Below, in pieces: positions 1 to 11,261 of a stretch of DNA of 64,000 nucleotides. Every line of letters begins with the position of its first letter. The stretch's first letter is position 1. The notes below the pieces were generated by a model. The model did not search any database and was not told where the DNA came from. It saw nothing but the letters and a program-made list of their open reading frames with translations. Source of the stretch: Antedon mediterranea (taxonomy: Eukaryota > Animalia > Echinodermata). Both the position numbers and the translations under genes were made by a program. Location of the stretch: NCBI RefSeq assembly GCF_964355755.1, contig NC_092678.1, positions 23,453,365 through 23,517,364 on the forward strand. The letters run 5' to 3'.

Positions 1-1378
1 TCCATATTTGGACATTAATTCTTTACTCTGATATTCTTGCAGATTAAGGTTCCGGGATTGTGTGACCGATGGAAGTGCTACACTCTTTTTAAAATAAAAT
101 GGAAAAAAAAAATTGTTTACGCAAACAATCAACAGCAATCAAATCTGGTCTAGTCTAGCCAATACATGTATGAATCAATATACATATAGGACAGAATGTG
201 GGCCTAGAATTGTCAAGGCCTAGGCTAGTTGGGTATATGTCCATCTCCACTGCAGTGAGTAGGGAGGAAGAGCATTCTCAACCGCGATGAGTAGTGCCCG
301 GATGACTGACTGATTGTATGACTAGGCCTAGCCTTCAGTGGGCTCCATTTGCCTAAATTTATAACATTTATTCAATAATTAAACGAATCTTATACGAGAC
401 ACTTTACTTATTAACATTTAAAAATAAAAATTAGAACCTGTCTCTGGAATAAGCAGGAACATCTCGAAAGTGTTCGTCCATATCTCGCAACGCCACTGCT
501 GAAGTTCGCCATGTTTTATTTTAGTACGCCACCAACGACAAACCAAGACAGGTATGGAACGCCATACATGCCACAAACATTTATTTTGATGTGAACAAAA
601 AAACAAAGGCAACGAAAAAATATATATAATGCGCTATTAATGTTTATTACATCTTCTGGGCTAATGTGTTCGACACACCAGGTTCTACAGATTTCAAAAA
701 TATAATATAATTTTATATAATCCCAAAAAAACTAGTTATTTAACAGACCATAACCCACATCCAGAAAAAAACAATATAAAATGCAATAATATAACCTATA
801 AAAAATTAGTTTGTCCAGAATGTTCTAAATGACATTTTACAATGGATATTTCATATTGGAATGGTTACTTTTTTTATTTTTACAATTCTATACCATAATA
901 AAAATATCAGTTGTTGAGCAACTTAGTTTTTGAAATTATTTAATGCACTGCCAAGATTAGATATACATCTTTATGCTTAAACTTGCTAAAAAATTGCTAC
1001 CATAATTCGAAAAACCGGTTATCATACTTTAAAATTATTAATTACACCTAAGGATAGTTCATGGGTTGACTTGCAATTTTTAATAACATTTTCATCAAAG
1101 GAGCATTATGTGAGAAAGAAAGGTTTTGGTAGCAACATTCTGGGGTAACAGCAAGTCTTCAGAATTCAAATTGCGAACAAGAATACGGTGGATAATTGTG
1201 GGTAATTCTTAGAGAAACTGCTTTCCATTCGAAAAATATTAAACTTTACTTATGGAATTGTTATTGCATGTGTCCATGGTTTCAATGACATTTAATATTT
1301 ATCCAAAGAATTTCTAAGCTACCAAGAAAACATTGGTGGTATATTTTTACCCTTAAGATAAATTACAAAAAAATGTGT

Positions 1379-4300
1379 TTAAAAGCCTTTAACAGCTTTA
1401 ACAATACAGGATGCACTGATCCCGAAGCGCTCAAGCAGAACCGTTGGTGGACCACTGTAGGGAATGTTCTGAACAGCCAATCGTCGTACTTTTACTCCTT
1501 CCTCAGACAGCGCAGCAGACACAGCCTCACCAAGTCCACCTATAAAACAAAAATCAGTTTAATACCATATTTTACATAATTATTGAATCACTGTTATGTT
1601 ATATTTTTTTTAATTATTTCATAAGCATCCAACAGCGAGCACAAAATCGTCAATTATTTAACATTTAATAATGTATCATGAGTGGAGTTACAAGTCACTA
1701 GTTACAACCCTGGCACAAGGTCAGAATTGAACCCTGGACCTTGGGATTGGAAGGCAATCATGTTAACCCTCATGTTCATGTTCTCACCTTCAGGGTAATG
1801 GTCTTCAACAGTGAGCACTTTGTTTCCACTGGCTTTGGCACAAGTGAGAAGTGTAGCCTTATCAATTGGTTTCACAGTGAAAGGATCAACCACACACACG
1901 TTGATACCCTCTGCAGCTAGAGTTACCGCAGCCTTCTCGGCTTCTGGAAGTGTTACTCCTGCAGCTACGATGGTCACCTGATCTTTATCACTTTGACGAC
2001 GAACCTACAGAAAAAAACAGATTATTACAAGAATTACTTGTTGACTTCATAAATAACAAAGCTCCCTTTTAACTAGTGAGTAGACCACATAGACATCTTG
2101 AATACTAGTGGGAACCAAGCTTTAACTACCAAATTTCAAATGTAGGATAGTAACTGGTACCAAGTATCAGTGAGTTGTATGAAACTTGATAAGAAGTTCT
2201 ATACAGTTGCTATGGCAACACAAGGGAAGTCTTTGATCTCGATAGTAACGCAAGTCAAAGAGGCAAAGTGTTGCGGAGTAAAAACAAACAAAATCTAACA
2301 AAAATGTTTAACAATTGGCATATTTAACTGGGCTGTTTTGAGCAGATAACCAGCTGATGTAGCATCTCAATTTTGCATGTATTGCAAAATATAAAGAGAG
2401 CATTGAAAGCCAGGAATATTATACCTTAGCCTTTCCAATCTTGAACTCCTCAGTGTTTCCATAAACCACTGGAGTGGTCGGCCTAGACGCACGAATAAAG
2501 CACATCCCTGGAGTGTTAGCTGCAAGTTCTACTGCTCTCTCCATGGCAACCGCATCACTTGGGTAGAATACTGTGCAGCCTGGAATTGCTCTGAACATGG
2601 ATAGATCTTCCAGTGCCATTTGAGATGGACCATCTTCACCTGATAAATAAAATACAGATGAATATCATTAAAGAACAAATAAAATTGTAGGCCTCAATTT
2701 TGTTATATCTGTAGAATTGGCTATCCACATGTGCAGATCACAGCATGTGACAATGTGCAGATCACAGCATGGGACAATGTGCTGTTAGCATACCCCGTAA
2801 CAGTCCTAGATTTTTTTTCATTATTCTGGAGAAACATTTATAGTATAACAAATCTAATTCACTCTTTTCAAAGCAATAATATTTATTTTATCTATTCCTC
2901 GCCAAATAAGGGCGTGTCTCTCCAATAAAATGTCTTACCAATGGAAATGCCGACATGGGATCCCATGAAGTTGACGTTGGACTGCGAGACAGCACCCATT
3001 CTAATCTGATCGTAAGCACGCGACAAGAAACATGCAAAAGTACTAGCAAATGCGACTGTTCGGTTGCGACATGCAGCTCCCATTGCAACTCCAACAAGAT
3101 TTTGTTCGGCGATGAAACACTCGATGAATCGGTCGGGGAATGCATCCCTGAATTTTATCGAGTAGGTGGAATTTTTCATGTCTCCATCAATGGCAACAAC
3201 ATGTTTGTTATCCTTGCCGATCTTTACAAGAGCTGTTCCGTAGGCAACACGAGTTGCAACCTATAAAACAATTGAGTAAATTACAAATCTGAACAGTCGT
3301 ACATGTTAACTTAAAATTAACAATCAAATCTCAAATGTAGGATAGCAATTGATACCAAATTTCGGCGAGTTGTGCGAAAATTGACTAGAAGTTGCATCCA
3401 GTTGCTATGGCAACACAAGGGAAGTCTTTGATCTTGATTGACAGGACAAGTCAAAGAGGCAAAGTGTTGCGGGAAAAAAAATAAATCAAACACAAAAATG
3501 TTTTTTTCTTTCAAAACCGGACACCTTGTGTCAAATGTATTTTAAAAAGAAGGTGCCTTGTAGTAGTTAGAAATAATATAAATAATAAATGGAGAAATTT
3601 TTACCATATCTCCCAATGAATAGCTTGGAGCCTCAAACAACTTGACTTCAGAGATATTAACTGCTGGAGCATCATCAACAGGTACTGGAGGAGTCAAGCT
3701 GTGTTTGTTGTTTTTGATCAATTTTGAGATGGCATCAATAGCACCCTCAGCTTTAGCACCAAGAGCTTTACCGTGCCAATTTTCAAGGTTTTCTACATCT
3801 GTGAAACGTAAAAGAAATGCTCATTTACTTTCTTGAAAAATCCAAATCATTGTAAAAAATTATTCAAATCATTTTAAAAAAAATGATTTACATCGAAAAA
3901 GAAAATTGTTTCTATACCTGGACAACCTTTTCCTTTGAAGGTCTTTGCCAGAATAGCTGTTGGTTTACCAGTAGTGACCGAAGCCTCATGGAATACCTTA
4001 CAAAGATCTTCAACATTGTGTCCATCAACCACAATGGCATTCCAACTATAAATAAAAATAACAATTTTAACCACTATAATGTCATTGATTATGACAACTA
4101 TGATGTCATCATTATTGATGATAAAAACTATGTTGTCATTATTGATGACAACAACTATTATGTCATCATCATTGATGACAACTATTATGTCATATCTTTG
4201 ATGACAACTATGATGTCATCAACTATGATGATTTTACTTATATGTTTATGATTACAATGTAGGATAGCAATTGATATCAAATTTCGGTGAGTTGTGCGAA

Positions 4301-7300
4301 AATTGACTAGAAGTTGCATCCAGTTGCTATGGCAACACAAGGGAAGTCTTTGATCTTGATTGGTGGACAAGGCAAAGAGGCAAAGTGTTGCGGATAAACA
4401 AAAAAAAACAACAAGAATTTATAATTATAATATAAAATACTATAACCTCAAAAAACCATATTTTTAACTAAAACTTGGCATCAGACCAAGATTAGGAATA
4501 TTCGCATAATGTAGCAGGTGCGAAATTTAAATAAATTTAATAAAATAGTTAATAAAATATACTCGGTACTTACCCAAAAGCATCAAATCGTTTCTGGTAA
4601 GTGTCCATCTGATGTCCGAGGGCTGTGGGTTGACTTTGTCCGAGTCTGTTTGCATCCAAGATGAGCACCAGATTGTCCAGTTTGTATTCACTGGCAAATG
4701 CGCATGCTTCCCAAATGGATCCTTCGGCACTTTCACCATCACCGATGAGGCAGAAGACACGGTAGCTATCAAAGATGAAAATAATGAGGTGAACAAAGAG
4801 TTGTAGCGACTACTTCTGCTTTACCACCAGAAATAAGGATCGTTAAAATGTTGTGTGTGTGTAGTGTAAAACTAGTTTGATAGTGTAGATAGAGCTTTAG
4901 ATAAAATATATTCTCTCTCCCTTCAGACTGAACATTAAGAGGTGTGATCTCCTCACCTTGCTTTGTCAAAGTATTTGCCAGTGTATGCCATACCACATGC
5001 ATTGCTAAGACCCTGGCCGAGTGAACCAGTGGCAACATCTACGAAATCCAGTCTCTAAAATAAACCAATAATTATATAATGTATTAAAAACCTATGTTGA
5101 AAGAGATGTCACTTCACACTTTATATTCTTCAGATAGCTGTGATGTATAGTAGTTAGAGAAAACCAATATTGAGGATAGGTGGTACATTTAGCAATGCAT
5201 TGCTAGGCCTAGTAAAGTTAGTATGGAGATTTCCTAGATTCTAGGTATTAGTAAGGGGCCTGATAGCCTAGTCTAACTGTAAACCCCTGCTAGGCCTAGT
5301 AAAGTTAGTAGTTTAAACAGAGGTTGAATAAAGGTTTCTTAGGTAGATTTCTAAGTATCACAAAGGGCCTCGTCATTGTCCACCATTGCACCAACGATAT
5401 ATCTTGCTTACCGGTGTTGGATGTCCTTCAAATGTATTGTCAATCTTGCGAAGTTCCATCAACTTCTGCTCTGGGTATCCGCCATTTTCTACCCAACAGG
5501 CGTACAGGATAGGAGCAGCGTGGCCCTAAAATTAAACAACAAAAGCTTAATTAATGTTAATTTATAACATGGATTAGATGACATGAATATTTAGTAACTT
5601 TTGTAGGATAGTAACTTTTGTAGGATAGTAACTGGTACCAAGTATCAGTGAGTTGTGTGAAACTTGATAAGAAGTTGTATCCAGTTGCTATGGCAACACA
5701 AGGGAAGTCTTTGATATCGATAGTAACGCAAGTCAAAGAGGCAAAGTGTTGCGGAGTACAAACAAATGTTTAAAAAATGTTTAGTATAAATTGATTAGAC
5801 ATGTTAATGTTTAGTATAAATTGATTAGACATATTAATGTTTAGTATAAATTGATTAGACATATTAATCTTTGCATTGTCACACCTATATAGTTTGACAG
5901 ATCTTTAGGAAGGATGATGCTCACCTTTGAGAGGACAAACCTATCGCTGTTGCAGTCTCTCTGGTCATTGACCTTGTACTTCATGACGTGGAAGAACAAG
6001 ACTGACATGATGTCGGCCATACTGCAACATGATGTTGGATGTCTAACAAAACGAAAGAAACATTGTCACCACTCACTGGTTAGGATACACATTGCAATAG
6101 TATTACATTTGTTTTATTCAAATATGTTGGATTTTTCAATTGAAGGAAGATCAGTGAATTGAACATTTAATGAGTGAGTGGGAGTGTGGGGGAGGGGATG
6201 GGTGCTACAGTATAATATCAGTCAGGGAGAAATGGAATAAGGCTTCCTACTTTCTAGGAGTTTTATCAGATAATCCATATTGTTTTGACAACTCTTGTAA
6301 CATGACCAAAGTGCTGATTTTGCCATTTTCCATTAACTCCGATATGAAAATATTTTTTGGGACAGTGTAATAAATAACTTTTTTATTCAATACAACTTTG
6401 ATTTAAATCTACAACAGTATTCTAAAAATAAAATTGCTCTTTTGTAAGTTATTCACTGAAAATTTAACAAGCCAGATTTTACAATTAAATAAATAACGCC
6501 GGCATTAGGCAACAGCACAGTAGGTTGGATTAGCAAACAATACCGTCAACTAAATTCCTCGATTCAGGATATCTAGTGTACTTTATTTCCATTTTAGTTC
6601 CTGGTTCGTAAACAATACAACATGCAAGTCATCCGAGGTGTGAAAGAAAGGGAAGTAATTTTGTTATTCCCCTAAAAATGTAAAACTATTTAATTTATAC
6701 ATGTTTGTAAAGTTGACAAAAAACACCACCATGTAATATTATTAAAGTCTGGACTACTGAACATTTTTTAACAATTAAACAAGCCCTAATTGTGTAGACT
6801 TTGAGAAGTAGTTAATTAAATCATTAGTTAAGCTCTATCTCCACTATCGAACTTTATGTGACAACAAAATTGATGTGCCCATATATGGACATCATATAAC
6901 TACCATGGGCACATCACACTTTTTTTGTCAAACTAGTTTGATAGTGTAGACAGAGCTTTAAAATGGTTATTGGAAAAAAACATTGCAAGATTAAACAGCG
7001 AATGAATGGAGGCCTAAGCGGAAGTGATACGGAAACAGAACCAGATTCATGTTGGTTTGGGTTTATAGTGAATATCATTGGTCCAAATTAAGCTACCCAG
7101 CTCACCTCATCCATGTACCTTTATTTATCAATTCAGATTTAACAAAAGAACATTGTAAGAAATTAATAGTAAAAAGAACAGAGTAGATAATATCTGATGT
7201 TTAAACCAAATTTCCTTCTTATTCATTCTTGTACAATGGGGTTGGTGTAACCTCTATTCACAGGGACCTGGCCTTCATAAATAAAGCTGAAATCAACTCA

Positions 7301-9709
7301 GTTTGTGATACACATGATTGGTTTTCAAGATAATTCGTAAGCAGTATCAATAAAGTGTATTGTTCAAGTTTGAAACTTATTATTCAGCATGTTTGTGCAT
7401 TCAATGACCTGTATGTGAGGAAGAGGTATGATAATAATGCAGTGTAGTTAGATAGGCTAGGCTATAGATTTTTAGCAGCAAAAAGCAGAAACCCAAGTGT
7501 TTTAAATTTCAGTAACAAATTGAACATTTAATGTAGTCAATGACACGACCATACATAGGCCTATATCATAATTAATAATATCACAATCTGTGGAAATAGG
7601 AAGTAACTGATGTAGAACAAACCAAGCATTAGTTTAAAAAAAAAATTATTTTTAATCTATCTAATTAATCTTATGTACTACACAGCATTATTAACCAAAT
7701 ATGATGCGAATATATATAATATTATTATTAATAATTAATATCCTTTTGTTGCAACGCAACATATAGGCCTAGCTCAGACCTGGCTGGTCACAAATACTAA
7801 GTTAGGCTCAGGGGTGGCGCCAGGATCTTCCCGACGCGGGGGCTACATTCCCCGACGAGGGGAATATGCGAGCGAAGCGAGCATCACTAGGCTGGGGGCC
7901 CGGGGGCCGCCAAGGGCCCCTGTGGGGGTCCAGGGGCGATGCCCCCGGAAGCAACGCGTTCTAGCGTCATTTGAGGTCATTTTAATCAGATTTAGGGTAG
8001 CCATTTTTTCCATTTTTTATAATGCATAAATAAACTACTGCGTGCAAAAAAACGATGCGCGATGACTGTTTCATTCAATCCATATTTTTCAATTTAAAAA
8101 ATAAAAGTTCAAAAAAAATTTAGAAAAATAGAGTTGGAGGTCCCGGAAATTGGACTTATTTATACTTCAAAACATGAAACAAAATATATAAGTCCCTATC
8201 ATGGTTGTGACTGAGCTAAGAAATGTTTGAAAAATAGAGATGTTAGGTCCCGGAAAATGCACTTCTTGTACTTCGAAATATGACCAGCTTTATTGTTGGG
8301 GCTGAGCTAAGAAAATTTTTAAAACTAGAGCTGCAGGTCTTCAAAAAATTGCATTTTATACTTTGGAAACATCAGGCCTAGAGGCTTAAAAAAACGCAAG
8401 CGTAGACCTTTTTCAGTCGGGGAAATAAGTTTATTCCTCCCAAGTGTATGCGTGCGTACCATCTGGACTTCCGAGTGGTGAGAAATTCATGACATACACA
8501 GGACATTGAAAATGTAATAACTTAGCTATAATAAGATGTTGGCTAAGCGAAAATTAAGTTGCATGTTTTTTTGTTTAGTAATGGATGAAAAATTTATTTC
8601 AGGTGCCCCACGGTACAGAAGGTTACTTGTAAATAAAAAAAATTGGTGAACATACGAACAATTAACATAATTCGTTTTTGCTGTAGTGTAGCGTACGTCG
8701 ACGCAGTACACGACGTAACCGTCAGTAAACTTCGCCTGGAAAATAACTACAGTACACATTTTGGTCGCTGGATGGAACATGATATCACGCGTCTCGACAA
8801 CGTTGAACGATTGGTACAAATGGATACCGCCAGACAAGTGCGAACCTAGCTATTGTTTTCTATAGTAAGTTAGATCGCTGGCAATAATGAATGCATATAA
8901 AGTGCATAATATCACTCTGACGTACTCTCACGGTCAATGAAACGTCGCGGTTTTCTAGGCGCTGAAGCTAGCTACGAAGTGAACGCGAACCCTTTTTACT
9001 GTATATTATATTCCCCGACAAAAAGTACCCGTGTTCCCTTCGGTAACCGTCGGTAAACTTCGCCTGGAAAATAACTACATTACACATTTTGGTACCTGGA
9101 TGGAACTTGATATCACGCGTCTCACCCAACGTTGAACGATTCGTACAAAGGGATACCGCCAGACAAGTGCGTACCTAGCTAATGTTTAGTAGTAAGTTAG
9201 ATCGCTGGCCATAAATGAATGCATAAAAGTGCATATTAGCCCTCTGACGTACTCTCACGGTCAATGGAACGTCGTGGTTTTCTAGGCGCTGAAGCTATGA
9301 AGTGAACGCGAACGTTTTTTACTGTATATTATATTCCTCGACAAAAAGTACCCGTGTTCCCCGACGAGGGGGCTAGAGCCCCAGTAGCCCCCCCGCTGGC
9401 GCCACCACTGGTTAGGCTACCAATATATAAAGCATAATCTGGCCCTCCCTCACGATCACTACTACTAGTCTACTAGCAGCTTAGACTAGGGGCCTATGTT
9501 TGAAAAACCACGTGTATGCATACCCTAACATTCAAATAAATCCATGCACCCACCCAGAGTACCCGGCGTACAAAAAAGACAAAACCGGCCCGAGAAACTT
9601 ACCCAGAACCTGCCGCACTGGTTGCTTTTATACTCAAAATTCGGAGTTTATTACCAATATCTTTTAGTGCTTGAATCTTCTCATTGTCTGGTTTATGATA
9701 TTTCGACAT
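1379..9709 (-). CDS. TKT: Transketolase, 11 coding exons, about 621 aa
   Basis: GT-AG exons at 9603-9709 ([36 protein letters not shown]), 5925-6042 (HPTSCCS...DRFVLSK), 5412-5525 (GHAAPILYA), 4957-5054, 4574-4765 ([11 protein letters not shown]-binding motif), 3918-4045, 3605-3798, 2939-3260 ([10 protein letters not shown]), 2425-2639 ([11 protein letters not shown]), 1788-2004 and 1379-1539. Phases are consistent and the total of 1866 nt is in frame. The protein closely resembles animal TKT. Confidence 0.97.
1712..1772 (-). mobile_element. Degenerate tRNA-derived SINE head fragment
   Basis: Minus strand reads ...ATTGCCTTCCAATCCCAAGGTCCAGGGTTCAATTCTG (B-box-like). A similar sequence lies at about 53635-53705 (+). 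Confidence 0.45.
2138..2277 (-). ncRNA. Intronic box H/ACA snoRNA candidate, copy A (TKT intron 9)
   Basis: Host-sense layout: hairpin (GCAACAC/GTGTTGC and TCTTTGA/TCAAAGA stems), H box ATAGCA, second hairpin, then ACA+TTT. About 140 nt. Pocket TTTGCC/CTTCCCTT is antisense to LSU rRNA AAGGGAAG..GGCAAA. Confidence 0.85.
3333..3472 (-). ncRNA. Intronic box H/ACA snoRNA candidate, copy B (TKT intron 7)
   Basis: Same architecture as copy A. The apical loop has diverged while the stems, pocket, H box and ACA box are retained. Confidence 0.85.
4070..4230. repeat. Degenerate minisatellite (ATGACAACTATGATGTCATCATTATTG-like)
   Basis: About 6 imperfect units of about 27-30 bp. Confidence 0.75.
4255..4394 (-). 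ncRNA. Intronic box H/ACA snoRNA candidate, copy C (TKT intron 5)
   Basis: Closest to copy B. H box ATAGCA, terminal ACA+3 nt and an identical first pocket. Confidence 0.83.
5616..5755 (-). ncRNA. Intronic box H/ACA snoRNA candidate, copy D (TKT intron 2)
   Basis: Near-identical to copy A. The 3' end (AGTTACTATCCTACAAA) is locally duplicated. Confidence 0.85.
5777..5869. repeat. 30-bp tandem repeat x3
   Basis: AATGTTTAGTATAAATTGATTAGACATRTT repeated three times. Confidence 0.85.
6831..6958. mobile_element. Harbinger/Tourist-like MITE (AGCTCTGTCTACACTATCAAACT TIR family), representative copy
   Basis: TIRs AGCTCT(G)TC(T)ACACTATC / GATAGTGTAGACAGAGCT with TAA/TTA flanks. Further copies or fragments lie at about 4868-4897, 13222-13323, 14665-14786, 15656-15777, 15800-15962, 18490-18665, 20158-20311, 31680-31842, 45576-45725, 53072-53195, 58979-59115, 59410-59505 and 59996-60121. 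Confidence 0.85.
7809..9410. mobile_element. Non-autonomous hAT-type DNA transposon in TKT intron 1
   Basis: TIRs CAGGGGTGGCGCCAG / CTGGCGCCACCACTG with a perfect 8-bp TSD GTTAGGCT (7801-7808 and 9411-9418). It contains an internal tandem duplication of about 325 bp (about 8715-9037 / 9044-9360) and no transposase ORF. Confidence 0.9.
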
Positions 9710-10213
9710 ATTTGGTTATGTTTTTAGAACTTTTTCAGACAAATCACAGTTCCTGAGAAAATTACTCACTGATGCTCTCTTCTCCTCGGTCGCGTTCAGA
9801 CTGCCGAGTCATCAACCACACGCGTTCGGGGTTTTAATTCGGAACAGATTCAGCAAAAAAAACAAGGGGCGTTTTATTCAATATCTACAAACAGAGGGCG
9901 ACAGATTAGTTTTTCACGCTGTCGAAAACTGTTGTCCAATCATTTTTACAGAGAAAGTTCAGATTATGCGGAACGACGAAACTCACTCACTTCATACAGA
10001 TTACGAATAATGCAAACTAATAATATCAACAAATAAAATTGCTGTTTCTACATTTTATTCAATAACAACAAATAATGTGATCACATAAGAATTACAGAGA
10101 GAGCATAGGCCTATCTAATAATGTTGATTGATGTTCACACGAAACATGAAAAGATAAGCTTTAAAGGTGTCGCGAGTTAAGATAAACCAGCGTCCGTTTG
10201 TCCATTCGGTGTT

Positions 10214-11261
10214 CTAGTTGGCATTTTGGATTGCCTTCTTCAACGATGCTTCTGTTAAGAAATACAAAATAATTTTAGAAAATTTCTACTCGATTGTATT
10301 TTTGACGGAAATTAAAACTCATCAACAACAAGTTAATATCACGGTCGTCGCAAATTATAACGAAAACTTACCTCGTTTAATTCTCAAGTTGTCAAGGGCA
10401 ACGACGTCATTGTCAAGCTCAGCAACGTTGTCAACATCTGTAATAAGAGGATTCAATTTACAAATGTAACAACATTTAATTTAAGCACATTTCAATTAAA
10501 TTCATTTTTTTTTAAAGCTACTGATGCCATCAATGGCAAATATCCAAGGAAAAAAAACAGACAATAAATATAGGTATCAGATAGGAGATGGGAGGAATGT
10601 CGGTATTTTCGGGGAAAAGATAACAGTAAAGTCTGGCAGCAGACCACGCATATACGGTATTGCTCAATAGACGCCAGAACTCAATTTACTGTACACTCAG
10701 CTCATCTCTATCCCTAAAAAAATACACGTAAAAATCAAATAAAACCACTACAAACCTCTTTTGCGTCTGGAGCTGTCGGCGCTGCTGTCGGGTGCAGATG
10801 TGGCCCCAGGATCAGATGTAGCCCCAGAAACCGATTCGGCACTACTACTTTGAGCTTCGCACATACTGACAATAACGGCTAAAAAGCAAACACACAGTAG
10901 TTTAAATAAAATTGAGAGTTAAGCGATCGGGAACAAAATGTAGCAAACTGTCACAAAAGGAAATGCAGCGTGTCTAAAGCTTGGTTCCCAGTAGAACGTA
11001 ACGCAAGCACGTAACGAAACGCAAAATGATTTGACGAATCTCAAGAGATGGATCATCATTCGAACAGTCGCGTGTGATTGGTCAACTCGCTTGCGTTGCG
11101 TCTACGTCCTTGCGTTGCGTTCTAGTGGGAACCAAGCTTAAGTACGCGACGCCCAGCGTGAATTCACTTGTTAGATGGTGGTGTTTTACCAATATTTAGG
11201 TCTTGGCTACATCAAACTTACCTCCAATAATGAGCAAAACGAGACAAGTTGTAGTCTTCAT
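10214..11261 (-). CDS. Small secreted prepropeptide (88 aa), unknown family
   Basis: Exons 11222-11261, 10756-10878, 10372-10437 and 10214-10251 are all GT-AG and phase 1, giving 267 nt in frame: MKTTTCLVLLIIGAVIVSMCEAQSSSAESVSGATSDPGATSAPDSSADSSRRKRDVDNVAELDNDVVALDNLRIKREASLKKAIQNAN*. On the minus strand there is TATAAAA at about 11358-11364 and AATAAA at about 10054-10059. Confidence 0.78.
10978..11138. mobile_element. Harbinger/Tourist-like MITE (second family)
   Basis: About 30-bp TIRs AGCTTGGTTCCCAGTAGAACGTAACGCAAG / CTTGCGTTGCGTTCTAGTGGGAACCAAGCT with TAA on both sides. A solo end lies at about 2105-2122. Confidence 0.85.

Noticed and set aside
2138-5755. The repeated 140-nt intronic unit as a MITE/SINE
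   Set aside because: It has no TIRs, TSDs, Pol III boxes or poly(A) tail. One copy per intron, host-sense orientation, H/ACA boxes and rRNA complementarity fit a snoRNA better.
8526-8849. ORFs inside the hAT element as a transposase
   Set aside because: They are short, lack BED-finger or DDE motifs, and overlap the internal duplication.
10689-10713. Extra exon in the secreted peptide gene
   Set aside because: It would need an intron of only about 42 nt and it introduces an in-frame TGA.
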